DNA of 63,367 nucleotides, the filler included, from Stramenopiles sp. TOSAG23-3 (taxonomy: Eukaryota): assembly GCA_900128585.1 (NCBI GenBank). It is 12 parts of 12 records of this genome, joined end to end, with 100 filler letters (N's around TTAATTAATTAA, not from the genome) between each part and the next. Parts side by side here need not be neighbours in the genome. Positions count along the whole stretch, not along the records: positions 6,684 to 13,256 come from LT643288.1; positions 13,357 to 19,921 come from LT643289.1; positions 20,022 to 26,581 come from LT643290.1; 9 more parts are not named here. One strand, given 5' to 3'. This document shows, piece by piece, positions 11,920 through 22,118 of the stretch. Each line of letters begins with the position of its first letter. Positions within the stretch are counted from its first letter, which is position 1. The notes beneath the pieces are model-generated. The model was not told the DNA's origin and made no database searches. It saw only the letters and a program-made list of their open reading frames with translations. Position numbers and translations under genes: made by a program.

Positions 11920-12030
11920 TTCTTGGTGGAGAAGGAGTTATCAGCCGGATCGGCACAGCGGCAGCCGGCAGCCCCGCAGGGGCCCGCTGTGTCGATGTGA
12001 ATGAAGGCTTAGAATCTCCTCAACCAAGAA
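11920..12030. other. GC-rich multi-stem fold-back in AT-rich intergenic DNA
   Basis: Nested pairings: 11920-27/12023-30, 11933-37/12016-20, 11943-46/12006-09, 11949-61/11984-96 (13 bp, one G-T), and an apical GCCCC-GCA-GGGGC. Confidence 0.7.
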
Positions 12031-13256
12031 AAAAAACAAAAAGGGATCTGTAGTTCACGAAATAAGGAATATTAGTATTTTAGTAGATAAAAAGAAATTA
12101 TATATTAAGGTATATATATATATATAAATTAGAGGGGGAATGTAGTACATAAAAAGTAACGCACTTTTTGTTAGACGACTACTACTATTGCACGTCACTT
12201 TTGGCTGAAAAACTAGTTTTTCGTTTTTGTTTGCAAAACTTTCAAAAGTTGGAAATTCCAAACTTTTTTGCTTTTTTGCCTTGCCCAGGTAAAACTCTCT
12301 CCATCCACACACACAACAACACCTGCCAAACTCTGAACAAAATGGCAAATAAAAACACTGCCCAATGATATGCCTATGTGATAGATATTCCTATCAAAAT
12401 ACATTAGAATACAAAACGAATTAAATTGCATGTTTCCAAAAAAAATTTGAAAGTAATTCGACAAAAAGCACTTGGACGACTGTAGAAAAATAAAGAAAAA
12501 TGACGAATAGAGACAGAGTATACCGTTCACAGTTTGTCCTGTTCAGCTTTTTGCTTTGCTGCTTTTAAGCCTGTAAGTTATTAGCACAGAATTAATTTCA
12601 ATATTTATATGGTGGATTATTCCGCCCGCTAAGGCATTCCTAGAATAGCATTAGCAGCAGCGCTATAATCGTTTTATCCGAGGCAACGATGGATTTAAAA
12701 TCACTTCGAGAACCCTAACTGAAACAGTAAGAGGTTGTGGACGTTGGGAGAAAGATAGTCCCAGAAGGACAGCGAGACGACAAGAGCAAGTAGGCGTGAT
12801 AGCAACGCGCGGGCTTATCAAGAAGACTTCCGTAACGAATTATTTGGAAGTCATTTTATTATCGCGATGACGATAGACGGCACAGGTAAAGACTAGCAAG
12901 GCGAGTGAGTTGGACGACGTGTACCACGAAAAAGTAATGATTGAATTAGACCGAAGAGACGCACATTCACGTGGTGGTTGGTAAATTGTTTCAGGGTTGC
13001 GCATACGATACGTATTCGAAGTTTGATCCAGAGTTAATCTCTATTATTGAAACGTTTACAACATTTCAATCAAACATTTTGAAGAAGGATGAGGTGAGTG
13101 TATAGAGTTGTGAATAGGGTGTGCAGATGGGTGTGCAGATGGGCTCTCGCCTACGAGGAGTCCGTTCAAGTCTATTGGACAAATCACACAGCATTGACTA
13201 CAAGAGTATACAACATTATAAGTATAAATTTATAGAATATTATAGGAACGGGGCAA

Positions 13257-13356
13257 NNNNNNNNNNNNNNNNNNNNNNNNNNNNNNNNNNNNNNNNNNNN
13301 TTAATTAATTAANNNNNNNNNNNNNNNNNNNNNNNNNNNNNNNNNNNNNNNNNNNN
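13257..13356. other. Artificial contig linker
   Basis: N44-TTAATTAATTAA-N44. Confidence 0.99.
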
Positions 13357-13405
13357 TCTTCTTCTTCTTCTTCTTCTTCTTCTTCTTCTTCTTCTTCTTC
13401 TTCTT
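13357..13405. repeat. (TTC)n microsatellite at contig start
   Basis: Read directly. Confidence 0.95.
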
Positions 13406-13552
13406 CTTTCTCTTCTTCTTCTTCATAATGAAAAACATATAACTAAATAAGCTTGTGGTACATCTCTTCGAGGCAAAAACACAGCCTACTCTTCTACAGA
13501 TTCCTAATGACGCTAACTAAATAAAAATGTTGCTCACGCAGGCGTGAACAAA

Positions 13553-13996
13553 TTAGTTCAAAGGAATGAAACGAGAGGAGTTGGTTGCGCCGATACCTGG
13601 GCGACCGTGGCCTACTGGCTTGTAGGTGATGGAAAACTCAGCAAGGTATTTGCCTACGCATTCTGGCTTTACTTCCAGGATATTAAAATGTTTTCCGTTG
13701 TAGATCGCAACAACACTACCAATCATATCTGGCATAATAATCATATCACGAAGGTGGGTCTTGACTGGTTCTGGTACCGCGTGCGGGCCGACGGCGGCAG
13801 CTGCACGCTTGGAGGCACGAAGCTTCTTTACAAGACGGTTGTATTTCGGTGGGACCCCACGTCGGAAGCGACGGCGGGCACGGGCAGTTAGTTGCTCTCT
13901 GACTTCATTTGGGCTCAACTTAAGAAGTTGGTCCAAGTCAATGCCACGGAAGGTGACTTTACGGAAGGTACGTCTTTTCTTTGGTGCTTCAGCCAT
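13553..13996 (-). CDS. RPS15: 40S ribosomal protein S15 (uS19)
   Basis: [30 protein letters not shown] and [30 protein letters not shown]. Confidence 0.98.
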   Translation of the reverse strand: MAEAPKKRRTFRKVTFRGIDLDQLLKLSPNEVREQLTARARRRFRRGVPPKYNRLVKKLRASKRAAAAVGPHAVPEPVKTHLRDMIIMPDMIGSVVAIYNGKHFNILEVKPECVGKYLAEFSITYKPVGHGRPGIGATNSSRFIPLN

Positions 13997-15524
13997 GTTG
14001 AATTAGTTTATACTTTTGTTTGAAGTGTTTAAACAATATTTTGGTTAAGTAGTGGTGACAAATGCGGCAATGAAACACTTTTCTTCAACGAGTAAACCCA
14101 TTACCAGTGGACGGTATAATCTAACAACCAACCTCCGTGCAACGTATTGAATATCGAATATCGAATGAAAAAGGCACACAGATGAATATTCCATTTTTTT
14201 TATTTATTTATTTTGTTGTTGTTAGTTGTAGTTCTTCTTTTTCGTTCTTCCTTATGCTTCTATGTTACACCCATGTATTAATAATTAATTAATTAATAAT
14301 CCATTAAATAGTATAGACACACTACGGAATAAAAGGAAACAATATCTAAATAAGATGGAATAAAAAAAGTAATATAACAATACCATTGTATTAATAATAT
14401 AAACACACAATTGAATACAAAATAATCGAACTCAAAACCAATCATTTCAAGTATCGAATGGTCGTCGTTCGTCGAGCCTTGTTGTGTAAGCGTAATTAAA
14501 TAAAGTTTTATACTCTCCCTGTATCTTCCTGTAATATGTAATTTAACATAGGAATAGCTTTGTATTGGAAACATAAAAACAAAAGGAAAAAAATGAAGGT
14601 TCTTACCGCGGCCCGTCCCGCCAATGCTGTATATATATTAATTAATAATAATGTGAAATACACATTATATTTTTATAATGCATCTATTAAGTTATATAAA
14701 CAGTATTTATACTATTGATTAAAATTGTTCTTTTTTATTTAATTTACATTATTATTAATAATTCCATTTTATTGTGTTATTTTTTGGGTTTCGATTGTTT
14801 CCAAACAACTGTTGTATATCTAGTTAAGTATAATTTAAAATATGTAGTTTAAGTGCCCTCTCACGAAGTACTCTTCTAGTCATCTAGAGTACGCCGCGTT
14901 TCCCTAGGTAAAAAGTGCCTCTGAAGAAAACGTTATTATTTTTTGTTTGTTTGTGACGACGATGATATCTAATAATATTTTTTTATTTAATAATAATATA
15001 TTATTATATATTATTTGGAGGAGGCTCCACGGCCCACGGCCGGCCATTGGATATGTACTATAAGACTAATGTATGAAATGAAAAAGAATGGAAATGTGTG
15101 TGATTACTAACCTACGTTTGTCTCTTCACAGGTGAATGAACCAAAGCAACGAAACAGAAGGCAAAAAACAGGAAGTAACGAAAGAGGTTACTTTTTGATA
15201 ACAAAAAAAACAATCGGTTGTCTTTTCAGCGTCTGATTATTCTGGTTGTCCCTACGTACTATGTGCCAAGACTGGAAACGGACTGTTCGAGCTTGGCTTG
15301 GTGGATTCTTATTTGCCTGCACCCTATACCTATTTTTTACCCTGGCAGATAATATAGCATCGATTGTGGCCGACGTGTACACTTTGGTTGCACCGAGGGC
15401 CCTTGAAACCTTTGGTTCGATCATAAACGTTTCGAGGAATTTCATTGCAAAGACGTCCCTCTAGGTGGCTGCCTCTGTCGTATACAGCAGCGTAAATTGT
15501 CGCTCCCCGCCCGTCGCCGTCATC

Positions 15525-17975
15525 ATGGCCCAGAACCAACCGTCCGCCGCCCCTGGTGACTCGCCGCCTTCCTCGTACTACTCTGCGAAATTGGAGCGCA
15601 AAAAGTCCCTTCGGCACGTGGCAGAGATGAGGTTCGACGACCAAACTGGCCGTTACAGCCTGCACAATAGGCATGTGCTCCGCTCTCCGAAAAACAGGGG
15701 CACGCCGCAAGCGAAAAGGGACCGTTTCTTGTTTTCATCGAGCAATTCGGAGGACGACGGCTTCCTGAGCCCAAGCACGGGGCTTCGTTCGGGGAACATG
15801 GGCGCGGCCAGTGATAGACCCCTTGGAAGCCATAGCAAACGCCCGAGGCGGGAGAAGAGCAATTTCATAATCGACGAGGTAAGCGCGAACAAACTCGACT
15901 ACAGCGACAACGCCTCGCGCACCGAAAGGTGCAAGCTCCTGGTGCTGAACCTGATTCACCACATAGACCGCAGCTGGTTCTTGTTGAGTTTGCTCGGGTT
16001 AACAACGGCTCTCTTGGCCTGGTTGGTCGACGAAGCGTCCGCGGTGTTGCACAGGACGCATTTGGAGTCGGCGAAGCTTGTGGAAAAGTACAGCTCGTGG
16101 TTTGTGAGCTACCTGTTGTACGTCGGCTGGACCGTGTGCGGCACGATAGTGGGCATAGCCTTTACGCAAACGGTCCACCCAGACTCCAGGGGGTCCGGGA
16201 TTTCACAAATGAAGTGCATCCTGCAAGGCTTCACGGAAAGGGGCCTGCTAGGGTGGAGGATGCTGGTTGCAAAAACCGTGGGCCTAATATTAGCGAAAGG
16301 CTCTACCCTCAACGTTGGGTCCGAGGGGCCGTTCGTTATCATCGCTGGCTCCCTTGCCACCCTCTTGGTCGACGCCCCATTTAACGGACTGCGAGTATTG
16401 AGGGAGAATCCGATGCTCAGACGAGACATTCTTGCCGCAGCGGCGGCGGCCGGGGTCGCAGCGACGTTTGGGGCCCCCATTGGTGGCGTTTTGTTCAGCA
16501 TAGAGGTCACTTCTTCCTATTTTATGGTCAGTGCGTACTGGAAGGGGTTCTTCTGTGCCACGTGCGGGGCGGTCCTGTTCCAGCAACTGGGGGTTTTTAG
16601 CCATGACAGGGACAATTCCGTCTCTCTGTTTACCACTTCGTTCGAACCGTTGCCGTACAATTTTGTGGAGTATATCCCTTTTGCCATAGTATCTGTGCTG
16701 TGCGGCGTGCTAGGCGGTTTTTACGTTCGCCTACAGCGTTACATTCTGAAGGCCACTTCCAAAGAGACCATTTGGGGGGTGACCCCAACGGTATTCAAGT
16801 GGGTCCCAAAATATGCTGTGCTGGGGATTTTTGTTGCTTTTTTTACCGCGTCGATAGAGTACCCGTTCGGGAGCTTCATGGGGATTGGCCTGAAGCATGC
16901 CATCGACGATTTGTTTCACGAGGGGGGGCTCGATGAAAAGCAAGTCACGCACGCCGACGACTGGGCGTCTGGGTCGATCAACATGAACCTGTTCTTTTTC
17001 ATTGTTTTCAAGTTCTTCTTCTCCGCTTGCAACTGCATTTTGCCGCTGCCCTACGGGGTGGTCATTCCCGTATTTGCCGTCGGCAGTGGTATCGGCCGGC
17101 TGTTTGGGGAAGTGCTTCGTGACTTTGGATACAGCACGATTGTCGCAGGAGGGTATGCTGTCGTTGGGGCAGCCTCTTTCACCGCCGGGGTAACGCATAC
17201 CGTGAGCATAGCCGTGATTGTGTTTGAGCTGACCGCCCAGCTCTCCTACATGCTGCCAGTTCTCTTGGGCGCCCTTCTCAGCCGGGGGGTTGCGTCGCTA
17301 ATCGCCCCCAGCATTTTTACCGAAATGTCGACGCGTTTGAACTTACCAGCAGACCCGAAACTTGGCAGAGAAGTCATGTATGACACTGCTGTAATTGCGC
17401 TGGCGGACGAGGACCCGCCATTTTTGGTGCGGCGAATTCAACTGGGGCATATTTTGCACGCGCTCGACGAACGGGACGAAGAGTTGCAGTGGGCCATTGT
17501 CGATGACTCCGCGACGATGGTCTTGATCGGAGTCGTCTCTTGCAAAGAATTGCGAGAAGCTATTCACGTCTACAAGAGACAGCTAAGGGAAGGGCTGGAG
17601 GGCTGTAAGGAGACACCAAGCTCTGGTGTTGACGCCCAGCTGCTGTCGCACACTGTTGATTTGGTCTCTAGTGGAATAGTGGATTTAGATTTTTCCCAGG
17701 CCCGGGTTCGTGCCGAAGACCCCCTGTCCAACGTCCTACTTCACTTTTCCGTGACCTCCGACCCGTTGGTGTTCGTAACGCACCACGGCCGCCTTGCCGG
17801 TGTCGTTCGGTCCCAGTCCCTTATGCAAACGATGCCTTTGTGGTACGACATTCAAAAGGACGCTCTTGGGGGAGCAGGCAGGTCGTACTCCGAGCTCAAA
17901 AATATTTCAACGGAGGACGACGATTTCCCTGGGAAAGAGAGCAGCGAGGGTTCCCCCAAAGCCTCATTGTTATAA
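15525..17975 (+). CDS. CLC family chloride channel with degenerate C-terminal CBS domains
   Basis: GSGIS, GSEGP, FGAPIGGVLFSIEVTS and GVTHTVSIAVIVFELT, plus many transmembrane segments. First ATG is at 15525 (the ORF track starts at GTG 15465). Confidence 0.95.
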   Translation: MAQNQPSAAPGDSPPSSYYSAKLERKKSLRHVAEMRFDDQTGRYSLHNRHVLRSPKNRGTPQAKRDRFLFSSSNSEDDGFLSPSTGLRSGNMGAASDRPLGSHSKRPRREKSNFIIDEVSANKLDYSDNASRTERCKLLVLNLIHHIDRSWFLLSLLGLTTALLAWLVDEASAVLHRTHLESAKLVEKYSSWFVSYLLYVGWTVCGTIVGIAFTQTVHPDSRGSGISQMKCILQGFTERGLLGWRMLVAKTVGLILAKGSTLNVGSEGPFVIIAGSLATLLVDAPFNGLRVLRENPMLRRDILAAAAAAGVAATFGAPIGGVLFSIEVTSSYFMVSAYWKGFFCATCGAVLFQQLGVFSHDRDNSVSLFTTSFEPLPYNFVEYIPFAIVSVLCGVLGGFYVRLQRYILKATSKETIWGVTPTVFKWVPKYAVLGIFVAFFTASIEYPFGSFMGIGLKHAIDDLFHEGGLDEKQVTHADDWASGSINMNLFFFIVFKFFFSACNCILPLPYGVVIPVFAVGSGIGRLFGEVLRDFGYSTIVAGGYAVVGAASFTAGVTHTVSIAVIVFELTAQLSYMLPVLLGALLSRGVASLIAPSIFTEMSTRLNLPADPKLGREVMYDTAVIALADEDPPFLVRRIQLGHILHALDERDEELQWAIVDDSATMVLIGVVSCKELREAIHVYKRQLREGLEGCKETPSSGVDAQLLSHTVDLVSSGIVDLDFSQARVRAEDPLSNVLLHFSVTSDPLVFVTHHGRLAGVVRSQSLMQTMPLWYDIQKDALGGAGRSYSELKNISTEDDDFPGKESSEGSPKASLL

Positions 17976-18010
17976 ACACAACTTTTGTCGGTAATATTCA
18001 TATAATTTAA

Positions 18011-18034
18011 AAACAAAAAATTGGCTGTTATTTA
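18011..18034 (+). promoter_or_regulatory. Recurrent 3'-flank element AAACAA(A/G)AAAATTGGCTGTTATTTA, copy downstream of the CLC gene
   Basis: Near-identical copies at 23842-23866 (+) and 24074-24122 (-, two copies). Function is unknown. Confidence 0.45.
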
Positions 18035-18154
18035 AGTAATTAAAATTTAATCTCATGAACCGCGAAAATGAATCTGCTCCTTTTGTCCAGTAAAGGTTTA
18101 CTCATACAAAAAATAAAAAACAAAACATTGGCTCTTTCCCTTAAATCATCGTGT

Positions 18155-19693
18155 TTAACTAGTTTTATTTGGTACTTTAATCGTTACAGTCTTAACAGCC
18201 GTGTACTGCTGCAGACCATACTCGCCCAACTCCCTCCCGATTCCCGATTCCTTGAACCCACCAAACGGTGCTTGGCTCGCAAACACGTCGTAACAATTAA
18301 CCCACACAGTTCCCGCGTCGATCTGCTGGCTGCATTGCATTGAAACGTCCAACGAACTCGTAAACACTGCCGCGCCGAGGCCAAAACTTGAGTCGTTCGC
18401 CCGCTCGATCACTTCTTCCACGGTGCGAAATTTCAGGATAACCTGAACGGGGCCGAATATTTCCTCTCTGGCTATGCGCATTTCGTCCATCACACCCGAA
18501 AACACGCACGGAGAAATGAAGTACCCGCTTGGGTCCCCTACCTGCTTCCCGCCGCACTCTAATTTCGCGCCTTCGTTGATTCCAACTTGTATGTACGACA
18601 TTACAGAATCGAACTGTTGCTTCGAAACTTGTGGCCCTTGCTCTACCCCATGCTCGAACGGGTCTCCTATGCTCCTTATCTTTGCCCTCGCAACGGACTT
18701 ACGAACGAATTCGTCGTAAATTTCCTCCTGGACGTACGTCCTCGACCCTGCGATGCAGCACTGCCCTTGGTTAAAGAAAATGGCGTGCGACGCATGTTCT
18801 ATTGCCTCCTCTAAGTTTGCATCGGCAAACACAATGTTTGGGCTCTTTCCCCCCAATTCCAGTGTTACACTCTTGCAGTTGCTCTTACCTGCCGCCTGCA
18901 TGACCAATTTGCCCACGTTTGTTGAGCCTGTAAACGCAACCTTGTTGATTTTCATGTGTGAGGATATGGCGGCACCGGCGGTTGCCCCAAACCCCGGCAC
19001 AACGTTCAGGACTCCAGGGGGAAACCCCGCTTCCCTTACCAGAGACGCAATGTAGAGTGCTGTCAAGGGAGTCTGCTCTGCCGGTTTCAGCACGATGCAG
19101 CACCCGCAGGCAAGCGCGGGGGCTATTTTCCACGCAAACATCATCGCTGGAAAGTTCCACGGTATGATTTGCCCGACGATGCCAATTGGCTGGTGGCGTG
19201 TGTACGAAAAATAAGGCCCGTCGATCGGGATGGTTTTCCCTTGCAGCTTGTCCGCCCACCCAGAATAATACCGAATGCATTTTATGACTAGCGCCAAGTC
19301 CGTGTTGAAGCTATCGTGGTATGGTTTTCCGTTGTCCAGTGTTTCCAGCTGGGCTAAATACTCCCTGTCGCGCTCAATAAGGTCGGCCAGTCGGTTCAAG
19401 AGCTCCCCCCGAAAGGAAGCGTCCATTGTCCTCCACTCGGACCCAATTTTAAAAGCCTTTTCTGCAGCGTCCACAGCGGCATCTATATCTATCTCCCGCG
19501 CTTCTGCTACGCTACAAATTGCTTTTCCATTGCATGGGTTCACCGTTTCAAACGTTGCTTTGGACGCGGAATCAACAAACTGGTTGTTGATAAACAGTTT
19601 GGTGCAGTGGATCGGTATATCCCCGGCGGTGTGCTTTGAAACTGGGCTACCCGCGCTCGCCCCCCCTTTTCTATTCCGCAACATAGAAGCCAT
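18155..19693 (-). CDS. Aldehyde dehydrogenase, ALDH1/2 family
   Basis: [22 protein letters not shown], catalytic [16 protein letters not shown] and PFGGFKESG. Confidence 0.97.
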   Translation of the reverse strand: MASMLRNRKGGASAGSPVSKHTAGDIPIHCTKLFINNQFVDSASKATFETVNPCNGKAICSVAEAREIDIDAAVDAAEKAFKIGSEWRTMDASFRGELLNRLADLIERDREYLAQLETLDNGKPYHDSFNTDLALVIKCIRYYSGWADKLQGKTIPIDGPYFSYTRHQPIGIVGQIIPWNFPAMMFAWKIAPALACGCCIVLKPAEQTPLTALYIASLVREAGFPPGVLNVVPGFGATAGAAISSHMKINKVAFTGSTNVGKLVMQAAGKSNCKSVTLELGGKSPNIVFADANLEEAIEHASHAIFFNQGQCCIAGSRTYVQEEIYDEFVRKSVARAKIRSIGDPFEHGVEQGPQVSKQQFDSVMSYIQVGINEGAKLECGGKQVGDPSGYFISPCVFSGVMDEMRIAREEIFGPVQVILKFRTVEEVIERANDSSFGLGAAVFTSSLDVSMQCSQQIDAGTVWVNCYDVFASQAPFGGFKESGIGRELGEYGLQQYTAVKTVTIKVPNKTS

Positions 19694-19866
19694 TGTTCAA
19701 GAAAATCACTCTTTCTTCCTGTGAAATATCAAGTGAATATTAGAATTTTTTAACAACGCGTGTCTGATAAATTCGGTCGCTCATTCTTTTTCTATCACTC
19801 ATTTGATTGTAAAAAGATACGCGGCGCACCCCCGGACTTACGGGGATCCCCTCCCGACGGAGTCTC

Positions 19867-19921
19867 AGAAGAAGAAGAAGAAGAAGAAGAAGAAGAAGAA
19901 GAAGAAGAAGAAGAAGAAGAG
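19867..19921. repeat. (GAA)n microsatellite at contig end
   Basis: Read directly. Confidence 0.95.
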
Positions 19922-20021
19922 NNNNNNNNNNNNNNNNNNNNNNNNNNNNNNNNNNNNNNNNNNNNTTAATTAATTAANNNNNNNNNNNNNNNNNNNNNNN
20001 NNNNNNNNNNNNNNNNNNNNN
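19922..20021. other. Artificial contig linker
   Basis: N44-TTAATTAATTAA-N44. Confidence 0.99.
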
Positions 20022-20249
20022 ATACTAGACTAATATAACTAATAATAACTAAATAAAAAAACAATTAATAATTGCTGACTTTTTCAATACACGCATTGAA
20101 AATAAACTTTTTTTAATTATTTCATGTCATAAATATCAGATAAATGAAAAGGAAGCAAAGGAAATTAATTATATAAACGCCGAATAGTTGGTTCGTTCGT
20201 TCCTGGTTGGTTTTCATAGTTTGCAGTAAGCAGATACCCCCGCTGAACC

Positions 20250-21623
20250 ATGGGTGCCGATATATCCATGCAGAGTGAGATGGAGGGTGCAATAATATTC
20301 GACGAGGGGGAGTTTGAGAAAACGTGGAAAAAGACTGGACTGGCAAACGAGTCCATGTGGAGCTTCTTTCAGAGCTCTTACGAAGAGCTAACGACCAACC
20401 TCCTGCGGCCCATGTCGGAGAACGGAAAGCACGGCCGCGCTTTTTACAAAGAGGCCTTGTTGGGGCCCCGCACTTTTGAGCTCTGCGGAACGGAGTTTCA
20501 GCGCACAGACTTCGAAATTACCAACAATAGAAAACTAAACATAGTCTGCAGCCACTGGGATGTGAAGGAAGCGGGGCAGGCGGCCGACTCGAAGAAAAGG
20601 CGCCCGTGCGTCGTGTACCTGCATTCGACGGTCGGGTCAAGGGTGGAAGCCCTGCAAGCCTTGATTCCTTCGCTCCGAGCAGGGTGCTCGTTTTTGGCGT
20701 TTGATTTCAGTGGGTCCGGCATGTCGGGCGGGGAGTACGTCACCTGGGGATGGTTTGAAAATAATGACGTGGTGGACATTGTGCAGCATTTGAACAAAAA
20801 AATGGGAATTAAAAAAATAGCGCTTTGGGGAAGGAATCTAGGGGCCGCCACGGCGATTCTGTATGCCTCGAAAGACAAACGGATCAAGGCCCTCATCCTC
20901 GACACCCCGTACGCCACGTTCGAGCAAACGTTGCAGGAGGGTGTGAAGTACGCGGCCCGGGTAGGCGTGACGGTGCCCCGAATAGTAATGTCGGCCGCGC
21001 ACGCGATGATAGTGAGGGCAATTCGGAACCGAGTGAGCCCAAAGTTTGACATAAAACGGCTGAAGCCGATGGTATCGGCGAAGAAGTGCAAGTGCCCTGC
21101 CCTGTTTGCCGCGTCTCTCCGGGACATTTACATCACCCAAAAGCAAGTAGAGAGCGTTTTCAACGCGTACGCAGGGTCCAAGAGCTATACGATCACCGAC
21201 ATCCGGTACTTTGACGCCCGGAGTTACAGAAACTGCGGCGATTTCCTCTCCACTGCAGAAAATTTCTTGTCGGGGGCGTTTAAGAGAGTAGGGAGCGCGG
21301 GAAAGCTTCCCGTGTCGACGAGCCCGGGCAATCCGTTGAACCCGTACCATTTGCAAGAAACGGATTTCAAATGGGTGCTAGAAAACGCACGGCAGTGCTA
21401 CTACGACCAGCCCCAAACGAAAAAGGCGGAGACATCGACCGAGCAGTTAAAGGAAGAGCAAGGCCCTCATCAAGACGACGATGGGGAGGAAGTTCGTGCA
21501 GCGATTGAGGAAATTGAAAAGTTAAACTCAAACGTTGTGATCCAAACGGAAGGGTTGAAACGTGGCGGAGACAATGGGACTGTCGAAGACTTGGAAGAGG
21601 AAATCATTGATATTGTTGTTTAA
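20250..21623 (+). CDS. Alpha/beta-hydrolase fold protein (YqkD-like), probably catalytically inactive
   Basis: PCVVYLH, FDFSGSGMSGGEYVTWG, IALWGRNLGA and LILDTPY. The nucleophile elbow is GRNLG instead of GRSMG. Confidence 0.85.
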   Translation: MGADISMQSEMEGAIIFDEGEFEKTWKKTGLANESMWSFFQSSYEELTTNLLRPMSENGKHGRAFYKEALLGPRTFELCGTEFQRTDFEITNNRKLNIVCSHWDVKEAGQAADSKKRRPCVVYLHSTVGSRVEALQALIPSLRAGCSFLAFDFSGSGMSGGEYVTWGWFENNDVVDIVQHLNKKMGIKKIALWGRNLGAATAILYASKDKRIKALILDTPYATFEQTLQEGVKYAARVGVTVPRIVMSAAHAMIVRAIRNRVSPKFDIKRLKPMVSAKKCKCPALFAASLRDIYITQKQVESVFNAYAGSKSYTITDIRYFDARSYRNCGDFLSTAENFLSGAFKRVGSAGKLPVSTSPGNPLNPYHLQETDFKWVLENARQCYYDQPQTKKAETSTEQLKEEQGPHQDDDGEEVRAAIEEIEKLNSNVVIQTEGLKRGGDNGTVEDLEEEIIDIVV

Positions 21624-22118
21624 ATATTTCTACCATCATCATGTAATGAATTTTAAATATTTCGTCTACTGTATAAAATAAGAATAATAATTCAATTTAA
21701 ATTCAACAATCATCTCATNNNNNNNNNNNNNNNNNNNNNNNNNNNNNNNNNNNNNNNNNNNNNNNNNNNNNNNNNNNNNNNNNNNNNNNNNNNNNNNNNN
21801 NNNNNNNNNNNNNNNNNNNNNNNNNNNNNNNNNNNNNNNNNNNNNNNNNNNNNNNNNNNNNNNNNNNNNNNNNNNNNNNNNNNNNNNNNCTTCTTCTTCT
21901 ACTATATGTTTTATAAGAAATGTACTACACATGCAATTTGAATGAATGAAAGAAACGTACACTTCAAATTTGTTCGAGGGTATTCCATTTTTCATTATTT
22001 TATTTTCTAACATTTTAAAGAAAGTATATCCTCCGATTTCTATCCAGAAGAAGGATATTGGTTCTTGTACTTTGATACTGTTTTCTTCCCTCTCTTATTT
22101 CGTGAGACGGGCTCACGG

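Noticed and set aside
12750..12820. RNase P/MRP-like P4 strands (AGTCCC ... GGGCTTA)
   Set aside because: The strands are only about 50 nt apart, the pairing is short, and the other conserved regions are not seen.
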